Shown here in pieces: positions 11,773-25,227 of a stretch of 64,000 nucleotides of DNA. The notes beneath the pieces were generated by a model. That model saw only the letters and a list, made by a program, of their open reading frames with translations. It did not search any database and was not told where the DNA came from. Position 1 is the stretch's first letter. Each line of letters begins with the position of its first letter. Location of the stretch: the NCBI GenBank assembly GCA_951406725.2, contig OX597836.1, positions 9,486,001 to 9,550,000 of the forward strand, given 5' to 3'. The translations under genes and the position numbers were made by a program. The stretch is from Octopus vulgaris. Its lineage: Eukaryota.

Positions 11773-12964
11773 CCCCTCCAAAAATTTACCATCGAAATAT
11801 CATTTTATTCTCGACAGCTATTTTGAAAGCCCGCCGTATTTTTATTATTATTCTGTCTGTTTAGGACTTTGTTATATGGGACGGTGGATTTTGAAGCATA
11901 TATGACTGCTATTTCTCGCTGGTTCGGAAGATAAACACCGAACTAGAGCACCTTTAATTAGTCATATAAAAGTAAAACCTGAAGCATTCAGCAATGGTCT
12001 GGAAGCGGTGGGGGTAATTGCTTCCTCTCTGAGAAAAGCAAAAAATTCACCAACCTCCTACGGTACCCAATAAAACTTTGAAACTTGTTTTCTCAGTTTC
12101 ATTGAAGTTGTTCATGGTTAGTTAACTTTCATAAAATATTCTATTTATTTGGCTAATATCAGCAACAAGCGAAAACAAAAATTTTTTAAATTGTAGGAAT
12201 GGATCTTTGCCTTTTGCATTCCTTCTGAGACAAAAGGCAAGAGCTGTGCCTTCAAAACTGGTAAGATTGACGTAGTTGATCTTGAATAAAATGTGTGGAT
12301 GGCTGCAGAGGAAATAACATGGACAAGGGAATTTCAGAAGGCTGACAATCTGGTAAGAAAGAATTTAATGCTTAGTTTGCAGGTGAATTACACGCTACGT
12401 GATCTTCGAGCCTTTTGTCGCCAGATGCTGTAACATAGTTTGTATCCAATATAGTAGTACCACCACTATTGCGATTATGGCCTAAAATATGTGGTACCAG
12501 TGTGATAAAATAAGATAATGCAGCAGCAATAACAATGTAACTATCTCTCAAGAACCAACAAATATTCCAAATGAACAAACCAACCCACACTCTCGAACTT
12601 CATTATGAAATAACACAAACTATATACACTCTCTCGGTTCAGTCCATTCCTCACAAGAGGGTACCTTGACTCTCATCACAACACTGAGAGTGTAAGAGGT
12701 GACTTAAGGTTACTAACTTTGTTCTGCCGACAAATTTCCATTTATTTATTCTTAAGCTTCTCTTACTACTGGAAACCACCTCTGCCTGGTACTGGCATTT
12801 ATGTGAACAATGTAGTCAATTGACAAGTATCAAATGCCACAATACATAAATTCCTTATTTATTAAAATTATTTTCAATTGTAGAAGTATCATAATTACTA
12901 AATGGTAATCGATTAGCATATTCAGGGCCATTTAGTCACCTACCAATCTGGTAGACACACTAGT

Positions 12965-14590
12965 CAAATTGACTACATCCTCACTAGGAAACAGGAAAGA
13001 CGACTACTTGTAAATGCCCAAACCTTCCCAGGTGAAGAATGTACCCCACAACATAGATTAGCAGTTAGCGACTTCAGGATCAGGGCTAAATGGATGCCCA
13101 GAAGACGTCCAGAATGGAGGAGAAGGGTCTGGAAGCTTAAGGATCCTGCAAAAAGAGATTGAGAGACATTACTCAAAGCTGTGGAAACAACTGGAGGTTT
13201 CTACAGGACAACCTTTGGGGGCTAGAGACCAGATCTGTGGATGGTGCAAAGTCTCCTCTCAACCTAAGGTAACGTGGTGGTGGAACAATGTTGTTGACAT
13301 GGCTAGTAAGGAAAAGAAACAGGCTTTGAAGGACTGGAAGACCGGTGATAGCAGGGAATTGTATCAGACTGCCGAAAAGGAAGCTAGGAGGCAGGTTTAT
13401 TTGGCCCAAGGGGAAGCAGATAAGGAAAAATTTGCCAATGTTCTGCGCCATGATGACCAAAGACTTGAAGTATTTTCCTGTTGCCAGACAGCATGTGAGA
13501 GAGAATCGCGATGTCCTTGGAGAGAAATGTGTCCTCATGGGTGACGGTTCATTTGCTTTAAGCGAAGCTGCAAAGAGACAGGTTTGGAGACGCCATTGTG
13601 AAAGTTTGCGAAATAAAGTGAATGAATGTGAGAAAGAGAGTCTGCCGAATGCCGGCCCAACAGAGGGAACAGCTATCTATCTAAATTGACAGTGCCTTGG
13701 TAGGTAAAGCAATTAAGGGTATGAAGACAGGGAAAGCCCCGGACAATCAGGAATCACCACAGAGATGCTCAAACTATCTAGCGGTGTCGGCTATAGCCTA
13801 GTCAACCAGGTGATACATGAAGGAGTCATACCCAATGACTGGTGTAGCAGCACCATAGTCAACTGCTAACAAAGATAAAGGTGACGCATTAGATACAAAT
13901 AATTACAGAGGTATCAAGTTGTTGGATCAGGTAATGAAGGTCACGGAGAGGGTCATAGCCCAAGTAATTAAGGAGAGAGGCAGTCTAGATGAGATGCAGT
14001 TTCGGTTCGTGCCAGGGGAAAGTACCACTGATGCTATATTTCTGATAAGACAGATGCAGGAGAAATAGCTAGTCCAAGATAAAACTCTGTACCTGGCTTT
14101 CATTGACAGGGTCCCCGATCCCCTATCTGGTGGTCAATGAGGAGACTAGGGATGGATGAATGCTTATTGAGAGCTGTACAAGCCATGTACAGTTAGGTGA
14201 CGGTTGGCAACGAGTACAGTGAAGAATATCGGGTAGGGGTAAGGGTCAACCTAAGATCAGTCCTCAGCCCCCTCTTATTCATTATAGTCCTCCAGGCAAT
14301 AACAGAGGAATTCAAGACAGGCTGCTCCTCGATGCTGATGACCTTGCACTAGTAGCAGAGTCACTGCCGGAACTGGAGCCAAAGGTTAGGGCGTGGAAGC
14401 AAAGTCTAGAATTGAATGGCCTTAGGGTTAACCTAGCCAAAACCAAAGTTTTAGTTAGTGTGCAGGCTGTCAAATCACAAACTCCTCTGTAGAAAAGGCA
14501 TTGGTAGAAACTCCATAAGATGCACCCGGTGTAAGCTATGGACACATAAAAGGTGCAGCAATATCAAAGGAAGGTTAACTGGGAAAATTA
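12965..14590 (+). mobile_element. Degenerate RTE-clade LINE ORF fragment
   Basis: TWWWNNVV, KAPG, KGDALDTNNYRGIKLLDQVMK and ADD remnants broken by many frameshifts; homologous to 17150-19200. Confidence 0.88.
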
Positions 14591-14958
14591 TTTTCCCTTT
14601 CATTTTTATTTACTTTTTTAAACACCCTAAACTGAAAGATTACCTTAACGCCTCTCCCTAAACACAATAAAATTATCGCCTATATATCTTTTACTTGTTT
14701 TAGCTTATGGACTGCAATCATATTTGGGGCATCGCCTCCCAATATTTATCGCTTAAAGGCCTGACGCTTGTCCTATCGGCCGTTTGTGTCGAACCTCTAA
14801 GTTACGGGGGTGTAAACAAACCAACTCGGTTGTCAAGCGGTGGTGGGCTGACAAACACAAATACACATTTATATCACCTTCACCGACCAGTCTATCGGGC
14901 GTCCATTTCACACCGCTGTCCTCTCTTCTCTGGAACCCGCCTTCCTCAAGAACACATT

Positions 14959-15200
14959 GGTACTACTAGCTAGTCGTGACTAGTCGATCCTACAACGACT
15001 ACCTAGCAAAGTAAATAAAACACGAAATAAATAATTTGTTTACTTTTGTTAAAGTAAATAAAACACAAAATAAATAATTTTTAAAACAAAGTAAATAACA
15101 CACAAAAACACAAAGTAAGGATCGACTAGTCATGACTAGCTAGTGCCGATGCGCGAGTACGCGAGTGCGCGCACCGGAACCACTGTTCTCAAGTAGTACG
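14959..15200. mobile_element. MITE, GGTAC-ended family (left TIR internally deleted)
   Basis: Same internal sequence as 35398-35654; right TIR CCACTGTTCTCAAGTAGTAC; near-perfect TSD GAACACATT/GGACACATT. Confidence 0.75.
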
Positions 15201-15444
15201 GGACACATTTATATACATAGAATAAATACCAGACTTTAGAATATAAGTGCCGTAGTCGATTTAATCAATTGAATCATTGAAAATGGTGACTCCAGCATGG
15301 TCGTACTTGCAACAAGTAAAAGCTAAGAGGATATCAAAATGATTCCCCTTGCAATGCAAAGTCACCTCCCTTACATTATATTCCTTCTTTTCTTCTCATG
15401 GATTCCGGCAAAATTTTTTGAGTTGCCTTGAAAATAATCAGTTA

Positions 15445-16364
15445 CCGTAAATCCTCGAGTATAGTCCGCCCTTGAGTATAATATGCAGGGGATTTTTAGG
15501 GGCTGTACCTCTGAAAAACCTAAACCTTGTGTATAATACGCGCCCCTTCTCTAACTTGAGTCAAGGAGGTCTATATAACGTCCTTGATTTGTAAAACTGT
15601 ATACGGTAACGTCCTTAATTATTATTGTATATGTAACATAATGCAAACGTGTAGCTTTTTTATGCATTTTGTTTGCAGAAAATAAAGAAATAACAGTAAT
15701 AAAGTTTAATAAATGTTGCTTACTGTAAGTTATGGATGATTCTTTTATGACTTCATTGCTTTCAGGCTTAGCTTAAGGTATTTTCGCGCCCAACATCACA
15801 AAATGCATCTGAATAAACATTGCCGGACAGCAAATAGAGACTCAGACATTGCTTAGAAAATAATTTTCATTTTTAACCTCGTATATAGTACGCACTAGGG
15901 ATTTTGGCCTTTAAATTTTGGGGAAAAAAATGCGGATTATAGGCGCAGGAGTGGCTGTGTGGTAAGTAGCTTGTTTACCAGCCATATGGTTCCGGGTTCA
16001 GTCCCACTGCGTGGCACCTTGGGCAAGTGTCTTCTACTATAGCCTCGGGCTGACCAAAGCCTTTTCAGTGGATTTGGTAGACGGAAACTGAAAGAAGCCC
16101 GTCTTATATATGTATATATATATATATATATGCATGTGTGTCTGTGTTTGCCCCCTAGCACTGCTTGACAACCGATGCTGGTGTGTTTGCGTCCCCGTCA
16201 CTTAGCGGTTCGGCAAAAGCGACCGATAGAATAAGTACTGGGCTTACAAAAGAATAAGTCCCGGGGTCGAGTTGCTCGATTAAAGGCGGTGCTCCAGCGT
16301 GGCTGCAATCAAAAGACTGAAACAAGTAAAAGAGTAAAAGAGTATTATACACGAGGATTTACGG
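15445..16364. mobile_element. Tc1/mariner-superfamily MITE interrupted by a SINE in its right TIR
   Basis: TA|CCGTAAATCCTCGAGTATAGTCCGC ... GCGGATTAT[SINE]ACACGAGGATTTACGG|TA. Confidence 0.85.
15942..16343 (+). mobile_element. tRNA-derived SINE family A, full length
   Basis: A-box TGGCTGTGTGG, B-box-like GGTTCAGTCCC, central (TA)n, tail (AAAAGAGT)n; ATTATA duplicated on both sides. Confidence 0.92.
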
Positions 16365-16882
16365 TAGTTAATTGAAATGTAATAGAAATGAGCTTCTGGA
16401 TATGAAACCGATTCAGCAATATAGTTAAAAGTTTCTTGGAAGGTCACTCTAGAATTTGTTTGCAAAATGTGTCTTTGAGTTTGACCTTTTGTTTCAGTAA
16501 ACTATTTTTTTTTTCAGTCAACCTCCAGGTTTTGACCTGAGTAACAGCAACAGAGGAAAAAAAAATGAAAATAAAATAGTGTAATTGGTGTAAAACATAT
16601 AGTAAATGAATATGAAAAACAAAATGCGTGCTGGCGAACTCGGAAAATTCATATGATCAAACTCACAGGATCTGAAAAATCAAGGTTAACCCGGTCACAA
16701 AAATGAAAAAATGAAAAAATTAAAAAATAGTGCAGTCAGCGTAAAACAACATGTAGTAAAGAAATATGGAAAATAACAATAATAATAATGCGCGCTGGTG
16801 AACGGAGGTGAAGGGAGAGGACCAGGATGATTCACACTATCCGATTTTTTCCCCTCAAGAAAATGGATATTCTTTCCAACCA

Positions 16883-17118
16883 CATGGCTGTGTAGTAAGT
16901 AGCCTGTTTACCAACCACATGGTTCCGGGTTCAGTCCCACTGCGTGGTACCTTGGGCAAGTGTCTTCTACTATACAGCCTCGGGCTGACCAAAGCCTTGT
17001 GAGTGAATTTCGTAGATGGATTTGGTGTATGTGTGTGTGTGTGTGTTTGTCCCCCAACTGTCGCTTGACAACCGATGTTGGTGTGTTTATGTCTCCGTAA
17101 CTTAGCGATTCGGCAAAA
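16883..17118 (+). mobile_element. SINE family A, partial
   Basis: Head and body match 15942-16343; 3' part missing, abuts RTE. Confidence 0.8.
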
Positions 17119-17149
17119 AAACCCCCGATAGAGTCATAATATCATTATT

Positions 17150-19820
17150 TGGCATATTGTAAAACAATGTTCTGGTCAGCAAACTCCTCAAGCCTGTTAC
17201 AGCTGCTTTCTGTACAGCAGAGAACTGTACCAGGTAGCCAAAAGGGAGGCTGGGTGGCAGATATACATAGCCAAGGGTGAAGCCGAAACGAAGAAGTTTG
17301 CCAATGTCCAGCGACGTGAGGACCAACGAACTGAGGTATTTCGGATTGCAAGACAATGTGCGAGAGAAAATAGTGATGTCACAGGAGAGAAATGCGTCCG
17401 CATGGATGATGGTGCACTTGCTTTCAATGTTTCTGAAAAGAAAAAGGCTTGGAGAAGCCATTATGAGAGACTGCTGAATGTGGAGAATGAATGGGAGGAG
17501 GAGAGCCTGCCAAATGTTGACCCAGTAGAGGGACCAGATATCCGAATAGACAGCTCCCTAGTAGTTAAGGCAATTAAGGGTATGAAGTATGAAACCAGGA
17601 AAAGCCCCTGGCCCATCAGGAATCACTGCTGAGATGCTTAAAACATATGGTTGTGTGGGCTATGGCCTAGTCACCCGCATTGTAAACCAGGTATTTCATA
17701 ATGGAGTCATACCCAATGATTGGCGTAGCAGCACCATAGTCAATTGCTACAAGGGTAAAGGTGATGCTCTAGATAGAAATAACTACAGGGGTATTAAACT
17801 GTTGGATCAGGTGATGAAGGTCACAGAGAGGGTCATATGAGATGCAGTTCAGTTTTGTGCCAGGTAGATGCACCACCGATTCCATATTCCTGGTTCGACA
17901 ACTGCAGGAGAAGTACCTAGCTAAAGATAAACCCCTCTACATAGCTTTCGTGGACTTGGAGAAAGCCTTTGACAGGATCCCCCAATCCCTCATCTGGTGG
18001 GCAATGCGGAAACTGGAGATTGGCGAATGGTTAATAAGGGCTGTACAGGCCCTATACAGAGAGGCTGTCAGCAAGGTTAGGATTGGCAATGAGTATAGTG
18101 AAGAATTCCGGGTAGAAGTAGGGGTCCACCAAGGTTCAGCCCTCAGTCCCCTTTTATTCATCACAGTCCTCCAAGCAATAACAGAGGAATTCAAAACAGG
18201 TTGCCCCTGGGAGCTCCTCTATGCTGATGACCTGGCCTTCATAGCAGAATCACTACCGGAACTAGAAAAGAAATTTCGGCTGTGGAAGCAAGGTTTAGAA
18301 TCAAAGAGCGTTAGAGTAAATGTAGCAAAGACCAAAGTTATAGTAAGCAGAAAGGTGAACTCATCACACACCCGCACGGGCAGGTGGCCCTGCTCGATCT
18401 GTAGGAAAGGTGTAGGTAGAAACTTCATAAGATGTACCCAGTGTAAGCTATGGACGCATAAGAGGTTCAGCAACATCAAAGGAAAATTAACTGATAAGAT
18501 AGCTTTCATGTGGGCAGATGCACAGGGGTAATAGACACCACAGATACTCAGAAAACAGATTCCATCACACTCCAGGGGGAGAAACTAGGAGTAGTTGATA
18601 GTTTCCGATACCTAGGTGACCAAGTTAGTAGTGGAGGTGGATGCTCAGGGTGTCACCACTAGAATACGAATAGCCTGGGCAAAATTCAGAAAGCTCCTAC
18701 CCCTACTGGCGACAAAGGGTCTCTTGCTCAAAGTGAAAGGTAGATTGTATGACGCATGTGTGCGAACTGCCATGCTTCACGGTAGTGAAACATGGGCTGT
18801 GACTGCAGAGGACATGCGTAGACTTGAAAGAAATAAAGCTAGCATGATCCGCTGGATGTGTAATGTCAGTGTGCATGCACGACAAAGTGTAAGCGCCCTG
18901 AGAGAAATGCTGGACATAAGAAGCATCAGATGTGGTGTGCAAGAGCGACGCTTGCGATGGTATGGTCATGTTCTGCGGATGGATGAAGAGAGATGTGTGA
19001 AGTAGTGCCACTCCCAAACAGTTGATGGTATCAGGGGGAGAGGTAGACCCAGGAAGACATGGGATGAGGTAGTCAAGCATGACCTCCGAGCGTTGGGCCT
19101 CACAGAGGCAATGATGAAGGACCGAGATCTCTGGAGATATGCTGTGACTGCAAAGACCCGGGCTGCTTTCTGCACCAGTTTCGCATAGCCCCTGCCCATT
19201 CAAAGTACCTTGGATTGCAGAACGACCTGCTGTGCTTACCTTGGATCGTAGAGTGACCTGCTGTGCTCGAGGAGACCTATTGAGTCAAGTACATCAACAT
19301 CGAAATAAATATCAAATGGAAATTGTAGTTACGATATCTGTCCTGGTGGCACATAAAAAGCACCATCCGAACGTGGCCAATGCCAGCGCTGCCTTGACTG
19401 GCTTCTGTGCCGGTGGCACATGACCTGCTGTGCTTGAGGAGACCTATTGAGTTAAGTACATCAAGATCGAAATAAATATCAATGGAAATAGTAGTTGTGA
19501 TACCTTTGCCGGTGGCACGTAAAAAGCACCATCCAAACGTGGCTGATGCCAGCTCCGCCTTGACTGGCTTCTGTGCCGGTGACACGTAAAAAGCACCAAC
19601 TGATCGTGGACGCTGCCAGCCTCCCCTGGCACCTGTGCCAGTGGCACGTAAAAAGTACTCACTACACTCACAGATTGGTTGGCGTTAGGAAGAGCATTGA
19701 GCTGTAGAAACACTTCCAGATCAGATTGGAGCCTGGTGCAGCCTCCTGGCTTCCCAGACTCCGGTCGAACCGTCCAACCCGTGCTAGCACGGACAACGAA
19801 CATTAAACGATGATGATGAA
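17150..19820 (+). mobile_element. 5'-truncated RTE-clade LINE (RT domain, zinc-finger-like insert, long 3' UTR, (GAT)n tail), frameshifted
   Basis: ORFs 17589-19005: KAPGPSG, NYRGIKLL, AFVDLEKAFDR, GVHQGSALSPLLF, LLYADDL, MLHGSETW, RRLRWYGHVLRM, GRGRPRKTW; repeat-containing tail to 19820. Confidence 0.93.
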
Positions 19821-19848
19821 TATATATATATATATATCCACACACATA

Positions 19849-20545
19849 CAGGGTGTCCTAAAAGTCACTGATGGGTTTTAATTTTTAATAACTTCCTTAA
19901 CTTTATAAACAAATGCATGAAATTTTGATACAATATAAAGGACATAAGGGAAATTAATCTGCACAAGTCAAATTTTGCAACACCACTACATCGCATATGA
20001 AACATGACATTGTTTAAATGTCAACCACTTTCAGCTTCACATGCCCATGCACTTTCCAAAACTTGCACCGTAACACCCTCAAGAGTTTCAGACACCACTT
20101 TTCTGATTTCTCTATTGATGTTCTTCTTCAGTTGCACCAGGGTCTCCTGTTTGTTGACATAAACCCTCTCTTTCAGGTATCTATGGTTGAGACCTTTTGC
20201 ACCTGACTATTCAAAGTAGACCTCACATATGGTTCCAGCAAGATGCGGCAACTGCTCATGCCACAAGAGAAACAATGCTGTTGCTATGGCAGTGATTGGA
20301 GAGAGAATATTTTTACACAACAGCAATAACAATTGGCATTCACATGCTCCAGAATTGACTAGCCTGGATTTTTTCTTGTGGGGATATCTGAAAGAGAGGG
20401 TTTATGTCAACAAACCAGAGACTCTGGTGCAACTGAAGGAGAACATCAATAGAGAAATCAGAGAAGTGGGGTCTGAAACTCTTGAAGGTGTTATGGTGCA
20501 AGTTTTGGAAAGAGCATGGGCGGACAAAGCTGAAAATAGCTGCCA
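19849..20545. mobile_element. Tc1/mariner-superfamily derivative with inverted duplication of the transposase 3' end
   Basis: TA|CAGGGTGTCC terminus; APELTSLDFFLWGYLKERVY (SPDLTPLDFFLWGYLK-type motif) at 20229-20567; about 20025-20181 is an inverted copy of about 20383-20540. Confidence 0.75.
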
Positions 20546-20985
20546 TGAAAGCTATTTTCCCTGTTAACCTTCCTCTGATATTGCTGCACCTCTTATGCGT
20601 CCAAAGCTTATACTTGGTATATCTTACAGAGTTTCTGTCTATGCTTTATCTAAAAACCGAGTTGGGCCTTCTACCTGAAGGGATTTGTAATTTATCTGCC
20701 TTCCTACATAGTAAAACTTTGGTTTTTGCTAGGTTAACTCTAAAGCCCTTCAATTCTAAACTTTACTTCCACACCTGAAACTTCTCTAGTTCTGGTAGTG
20801 ATTCAACTATAAGAACAAAGTTATCAACATAGAGGAGCTACCAGAGGCTGTCTTGAATTCCTCTGTTATTGTCTGGAGGACTATGATGAACAAGAGAGAT
20901 TTGAGGACTGATCCTTGGTGAACCCCTACTTGTACCCTGAATTCTTCACAGTACTCATTGCCAACCCTCACCTTATTGACAGTGT
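20546..20985 (-). mobile_element. RTE LINE RT fragment
   Basis: KVRVGNEYCEEFRVQVGVHQGSVLKSLLF in ORF 20807-21043. Confidence 0.85.
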
Positions 20986-21159
20986 TAGAATACGACCGTA
21001 CGTGAGGAATTTGGTGACATATTTCTCCTCTTGTACAGCGCATGGCCGCATCCCAACATAATATATTTTATAAGCCATATGTCATGTTTATATATAGTGC
21101 CAAAGTAAATGAATAAAGGACGCCAAAAACTGTTCTACTTTTATAAAGAGAAGATAGAT

Positions 21160-21965
21160 TTTATTCACAGTGTACAAAGTGATTTGTGATTTTTAGTGTA
21201 GTGTTGTGTAATGAATGCATGCTTATAATATTTGTGTCTGTGTGTTCGTGTGTGCGACAGAAGTACAGAATAGGGTGCATGCAAATACAACAAAGCATAA
21301 GAGAAGTCTCAACAATTTGTGTTAAAATGGAGTTATTTTAGAGTTATTTTACCAGTTCATGTAGTACACAATAATGAGTTCTATAACAAGATTTGAGTCT
21401 CGGAGCGGAGATTAGTTGAATCACTTGTTGTGCATATTTTTCTCTTGATATAGATATTCTTTCAGATATATATACTGCAACTGTTTTTCCGTGGTGAGAT
21501 TTTCACACTAACAGCATGAGTTGAATCTGTATTTATCTTGTTGTGTACAAGTTGAAGTCTTCGTAGATGGAGATGATGTTGGTGATGACGTTCTGTCTGT
21601 CGCTGGTTTACAATAGTGTCTCCATAGTATGGTTGGCTTGCCTTTCGAACTGGAACATGGTTGAGTAAGCTCTGTGTGGTCTCCGACCAAGACCTTAAAA
21701 GGTCTTAAGCCGAAAGACGTTGAATCATTAAATAATCAGCCTATTTATGGAATTATGGTGGCTGAAATGAAAGGTCCTATCCGATAGCCGTGACTGGTCA
21801 GTTTACACACTGGCGCGAAATAAGTAGAGAGACAGACCGCGCTTAGATGCTAACCAATCAGATCAGGGGACACAACAAGGTTAAACTAGTCAAAGATGTT
21901 TGTAATCTCAAACGAGATCATTCCTAATGTTTTTCTCAAACAGTGAAGATAGCAATATTGCTACA
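21160..21965 (-). mobile_element. Possible solo LTR
   Basis: Minus strand starts TGTAGCAATATTGCTA, has TATA-like ATAAATA near 21745 and AATAAA near 21160; no TSD found. Confidence 0.3.
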
Positions 21966-21969
21966 ACAT

Positions 21970-22205
21970 TATCCCTGTACATGGATCATACAGCTCTCAC
22001 CAACCACTCGTCTATTCCTAGTTTCCACATTGGCCACCAGATAAGGGATCGGCTTTGACCCTCTCTGTGACTTTCATCACCTGATCCAACAATTTGATAC
22101 TTCCGTAATTATTTCTATTTAAGGCATCGCCTGTACTTTTGTAGCAGTTGACTATGATGACGTTACACCAGTCACTGGGTGTGGCACCTCCATGTACCGC
22201 CTTTT
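21970..22205 (-). mobile_element. RTE LINE fragment
   Basis: VNCYKSTGDALNRNNYGSIKLLDQVMKVTERV in ORF 22018-22239. Confidence 0.85.
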
Positions 22206-22427
22206 CTATTATACAGTGGCAACACACAAACACACACAAAGCCCATACATACTAAAGCAAAAGAAGGCCAACAGTTAAAAGCAAATCCACTCAAGTGTTT
22301 CAGATTAAAAGTTACCAGTCAACTATACTTTTAAGATAACAAAAGTAGCTGTCTGTTAACCTGTTTCACTGTAGTTTGGAAGGAAAGAGACGCAATACAG
22401 CGAGTTATTAAGTAAGAAACTTTCATT

Positions 22428-22460
22428 ATGAAGAATTGCCAAGGAAATAGTTTTTACTCA
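22428..22460 (+). CDS. Predicted start-codon exon of fucosyltransferase-like copy B (MKNCQGNSFYS)
   Basis: ATG at 22428, 11 open codons, consensus donor GTAAGT at 22461 in phase 0 matching the phase-0 acceptor at 30794; candidate acceptor CACTGTAG at 22374. Gives a short cytosolic tail before the anchor. Confidence 0.7.
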
Positions 22461-23046
22461 GTAAGTAAATATATTGTTGATTTTTCCACATGCAAGACAC
22501 ACACACACACACATTCTTTTATTTGTTTCAGTCATTTGACTGCGGCCATGCTGGAGCACTGCCTTTAGTCAAACAAATCAACCCCAAGATATACTTTTTT
22601 TAAAACTTAGTACTTATTTATCAGTTTCTGTTTGCTGAACTGCTACGTTATGGGGATGTAAACAGATCCACATCAGTTGTCAAGCAATGGCGGGGGTACA
22701 AACACACACAAACATATATATACATTATCTCTCCATATAAATAACTAGCTTAAGGTGACCCGCTCTACGCGCGGGTGTGGTTGTTACTTTCTGTTGCTTT
22801 CTTTTCTAAATTTGAATTCCCTTCCAGCTCCATTTAGACTCGTTTTTACATAAAAATCCAATTTGTGTATACGTTCGCCTTCTTCATTTTATAGATAAGA
22901 TTAGATGCCAATTGCGCCAATCTGGAGGGGCTTAGCGCCCCCTTAAATCTTCTCACCATAGTAACCGCATCTTTCCAGATGGGGAGTTTTAACCTACTCA
23001 ACTCTTTGCCTCATCACACCTTCTATGCCTGTGTCAATTTTCAGCT

Positions 23047-23214
23047 CAATTTATTTACTAATACTACACAAATTACTGCACATTAACCCGGAGATTCTAC
23101 CTTTGAATAGGTCACTACATCCTTCTTACTTGCGTGAATTTTGCTACCCTGGTAACTGTTTATTGAATTTTCCATGTCATCGGTAAACAAAGGATAATTC
23201 ATACATCCATTTAC

Positions 23215-23254
<40 letters not shown>

Positions 23255-23764
23255 TGTGTGTGTGTGTGTGCGCGCGCGCGTGTGTGTATGTGTGTGTGTA
23301 TTGTGGAAAGTTTCTGACCTACCTCATATCACTCTTAGTGTACTGTGACACAACTATTAAGTTGACAATTTTCAGGTCGTTAGCATATCAAGTTGGGAAA
23401 TACTTTTTGCCATGATTAAGAGCATTTCAGGTTTTTGAAAGCAGTGAAATGTCCCACCTGAAAATATTAATGTTTTGTGTATATACTTTCTCCCACCCTG
23501 CTTTGTTACATTATATATCCAACACACAAGGACATACAAATATATAAACAGTTGTATATAGATATAAATACCTAATTTAAACATACCTATTTTACACAAT
23601 TTATTTACTAATACTACACAAATTACTGCACATTAACCCGGAGATTCTACCTTTGAATAGGTCACTACATCCTTCTTACTTGCGTGAATTTTGCTACCCT
23701 GGTAACTGTTTATTGAATTTTCCATGTCATCGGTAAACAAAGGATAATTCATACATCCATTTAC

Positions 23765-23800
<36 letters not shown>

Positions 23801-24308
23801 TGTGTGTGTGTGCGCGCGCGCGCGTGTGTGTATGTGTGTGTGTATTGTGGAAAGTTTCTGACCTACCTCATATCACTCTTAGTGTACTGTGACACAACTA
23901 TTAAGTTGACAATTTTCAGGTCGTTAGCATATCAAGTTGGGAAATACTTTTTGCCATGATTAAGAGCATTTCAGGTTTTTGAAAGCAGTGAAATGTCCCA
24001 CCTGAAAATATTAATGTTTTGTGTATATACTTTCTCCCACCCTGCTTTGTTACATTATATATCCAACACACAAGGACATACAAATATATAAACAGTTGTA
24101 TATAGATATAAATACCTAATTTAAACATACCTATTTTACACAATTTATTTACTAATACTACACAAATTACTGCACATTAACCCGGAGATTCTACCTTTGA
24201 ATAGGTCACTACATCCTTCTTACTTGCGTGAATTTTGCTACCCTGGTAACTGTTTATTGAATTTTCCATGTCATCGGTAAACAAAGGATAATTCATACAT
24301 CCATTTAC

Positions 24309-24342
<34 letters not shown>

Positions 24343-25227
24343 TGTGTGTGTGTGTGCGCGCGCGCGCGTGTGTGTATGTGTGTGTGTATTGTGGAAAGTT
24401 TCTGGCCTACCTCATATCACTCTTAGTGTACTGTGACACAACTATTAAGTTGACAATTTTCAGGTCGTTAGCATATCAAGTTGGGAAATACTTTTTGCCA
24501 TGATTAAGAGCATTTCAGGTTTTTGAAAGCAGTGAAATGTCCCACCTGAAAATATTAATGTTTTGTGTATATACTTTCTCCCACCCTGCTTTGTTACATT
24601 ATATATCCAACACACAAGGACATACAAATATATAAACAGTTGTATATAGATATAAATACCTAATTTAAACATACCTATTTTACACAATTTATTTACTAAT
24701 ACTACACAAATTACTGCACATTAACCCGGAGATTCTACCTTTGAATAGGTCACTACATCCTTCTTACTTGCGTGAATTTTGCTACCCTGGTAACTGTTTA
24801 TTGAATTTTCCATGTCATCGGTAAACAAAGGATAATTCATACATCCATTTACAGATATATATATATATATATATATATATAGTGTGTGTGTGTGTGTGCG
24901 CGCGCGCGCGTGTGTGTATGTGTGTGTGTATTGTGGAAAGTTTCTGACCTACCTCATATCACTCTTAGTGTACTGTGACACAACTATTAAGTTGACAATT
25001 TTCAGGTCGTTAGCATATCAAGTTGGGAAATACTTGTTGCCATGATTAAGAGCATTTCAGGTTTTTGAAAGCAGTGAAATGTCGCACCTGAAAATATTAA
25101 TGTTTTGTGTATATACTTTCTCCCACCCTGCTTTGTTACATTATATATCCAACACACAAGGACATACAAATATATAAACAGTTGTATATAGATATAAATA
25201 CCTAATTTAAACATACCTATTTTACAC
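23047..25227. repeat. About 544-bp tandem repeat, 4 units
   Basis: CAATTTATTTACTAATACTAC restarts at 23047, 23597, 24141, 24685; identical ORFs at 23372, 23916, 24460; each unit has a (TA)n(GT)n(GC)n(GT)n tract. Confidence 0.97.

Noticed and set aside
12197-12352. Possible 5' UTR exon of fucosyltransferase copy B (acceptor 12196, donors 12261 or 12353)
   Set aside because: Splice-like signals only; two competing donors and no way to link it to the gene from sequence.
15942-16015. tRNA-like sequences at SINE heads
   Set aside because: Continue into SINE bodies and lack complete cloverleaves; not tRNA genes.
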